Source: an uncultured Calditrichaceae bacterium
GTDB taxonomy: Bacteria > Calditrichota > Calditrichia > RBG-13-44-9 > J075
Length of the DNA stretch: 27,009 bases
Assembly: GCA_964450485.1 (NCBI GenBank)
Contig: CAYVDX010000001.1
Coordinates: 1-27,009 of the forward strand
Reading direction: 5' to 3'
The notes below the pieces were generated by a model. It was given only the letters and a program-made list of their open reading frames with translations, searched no databases and was not told where the DNA came from. Positions 25,826 through 27,009 of this stretch are shown piece after piece. How positions within the stretch are numbered: the stretch's first letter is position 1; each line of letters starts with the position of its first letter. Position numbers and translations under genes: made by a program.

Positions 25826-26152
25826 TCAATACTGATATTCTTCCCGGACCGGCGCAAATACCTCCATCACGCGTGCGCCCTGCTCGCTAACGGTTGCGCC
25901 ATGTTCAATATTGCCGGGAATAATGTAGCTGTCGCCCGGTTTCAAAGCGCGGGTTTCGCCGGCAATGGTGAGTGCAAATTCGCCGGATACGACCACACCG
26001 CACTGTTCGTGCGCGTGACTGTGAAGCGGCAGGACGGCGTTCGGTTCCAAATCAACCATGGAAACCAGCATTTTTTCCTGCCAGAAAGTGCGAATGCGGA
26101 TACCGGGCGCCACTTCTTTGGCCGCGCGATTTTCAAGATCACAAAAATACAT
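25826..26152 (-). CDS. Cupin-domain protein (Cupin_2, KdgF-like)
   Basis: LPLHSHAHEQCGVVVSG and IIPGNIEHGA metal-binding cupin motifs; AGGAG RBS. Confidence 0.9.
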   Translation of the reverse strand: MYFCDLENRAAKEVAPGIRIRTFWQEKMLVSMVDLEPNAVLPLHSHAHEQCGVVVSGEFALTIAGETRALKPGDSYIIPGNIEHGATVSEQGARVMEVFAPVREEYQY

Positions 26153-26172
26153 ATTTCTACTCCTGTTTTGGT

Positions 26173-26291
26173 TTAAACGCTGGCGGTTTCTAATCCCTCC
26201 AGCGTGTTAAAATAGTGCCAAACCCAAAGACTGTCAACGGCTATTTGTTAATCGCGTTAAACGCTGGCGGTTTCAAAAACCGCCAGCGTTT
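26173..26291. repeat. Two copies of a REP-like hairpin
   Basis: 18-bp direct repeat TTAAACGCTGGCGGTTTC at 26173-26190 and 26257-26274. The second copy forms a perfect 15-bp stem (26259-26273 with 26277-26291); the first has a degenerate right arm (CCTCCAGCGT). Confidence 0.8.
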
Positions 26292-26383
26292 CCAAAGCGT
26301 TTTTAGAATATGTTTTTGATCGCCGCGCTTTGCGTTGTATTTTTTGGGTGTAGATTTCATTTTACGTAATTTTTGCTTTCAAA

Positions 26384-26417
26384 TATTTCACCCCCCGTAA
26401 CGCCGGGGGGTGAAATA
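26384..26417. repeat. 14-bp-stem hairpin TATTTCACCCCCCG-taacgc-CGGGGGGTGAAATA
   Basis: Read directly; lies in the divergent spacer between the cupin and the S8 peptidase. Confidence 0.7.
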
Positions 26418-26613
26418 AATGAGAGAATATTTTACGTAAAACAAACCGAATCTACACCCTATTTTTTTTAAGTTTTTATTGTGCTGGCGGTTTTGGAAAT
26501 CTCCGGCATTTTTGATCACAGTTAAACGCTTCGCGTAACTTACATCACAGTGAACAGGGACAACGGGCTTTAATTTCACTGTTACAAATATTGCTCAAAA
26601 GAAAGGGTTTCCC

Positions 26614-27009
26614 ATGCCGCGGAGATTCTCAAAACCGTTACTGCTCTTTATTACGTTGATTTTTGCATCGTCCATTTTAATCGGAAAAAATGTGCGTTCA
26701 AATGCAGCCAACACTCAAAAATCGCTGAAAAACGGCGTCGCCGGACGGGCGAAATACTTGCCCAACATGCTGGTTGTCAAATTTAAAAATCACATGAGCT
26801 TTGGCGAAAAAGTTACCGCAACCGGCATTTCGTCGGTTGACGCCATTCTGCGCCGCTATGAGGTGACGGAAATGCGCCAATTTGTCAAAGCGAGCTTTAT
26901 TCGCAAGGATATCGACAATTCAGCGACGATGGAAAGCATTTATAACCTGAGTTTTCGCGGCAATCATTCCCCGCTAAAAGTGGCGCGCGCGCTCAGCGGT
27001 GATCCGAAC
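26614..27009 (+). CDS. 3'-truncated secreted protein; N-terminal prodomain of a subtilisin-like S8 peptidase
   Basis: Translated by hand: MPRRFSKPLLLFITLIFASSILIG...YLPNMLVVKFK...GISSVDAILRRYEV...IYNLSF...VARALSGDPN, open to the window end. The pattern is typical of S8 propeptides; the catalytic domain is outside the window. Confidence 0.7.
   Translation, partial: MPRRFSKPLLLFITLIFASSILIGKNVRSNAANTQKSLKNGVAGRAKYLPNMLVVKFKNHMSFGEKVTATGISSVDAILRRYEVTEMRQFVKASFIRKDIDNSATMESIYNLSFRGNHSPLKVARALSGDPN

Noticed and set aside
8580-26417. CRISPR array
   Set aside because: No run of identical repeats with regular unique spacers and no cas genes.
223-26880. Remaining short ORFs in the track nested in or antisense to called genes
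   Set aside because: Shadow frames of GC-rich coding sequence, with no independent motifs.

Overview
Bacterial chromosomal window with no RNA genes, CRISPR array or transposase. A C-terminal T9SS/FlgD-type sorting domain and the general gene style suggest an FCB-group organism such as Calditrichota, KSB1 or Ignavibacteriota (inference). Positions 1-17.9 kb hold an apparently coherent sigma-54-controlled surface-glycan locus: a truncated binding-protein-like ORF, a porin, a HAMP histidine kinase and an NtrC-family GAFTGA activator, then a GG-N10-GC promoter in front of three glycosyltransferases, an MsbA/PglK-type ABC exporter, a tandem APH-fold kinase, an AlgE-like porin with a DUF5666-like N-terminus and an SDR epimerase. 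A second sigma-54 promoter precedes another GT4. The right part has a tail-specific protease (prc) broken by one in-frame TGA, an AT-rich membrane-AraC plus secreted beta-propeller pair, a secreted hypothetical protein, an orphan ParA with a small membrane protein, a cupin, and the 5' end of an S8 peptidase absent from the ORF track. Most intergenic spacers carry REP-like palindromes from several unrelated families. All assignments come from motif recognition by eye; no database searches were run.
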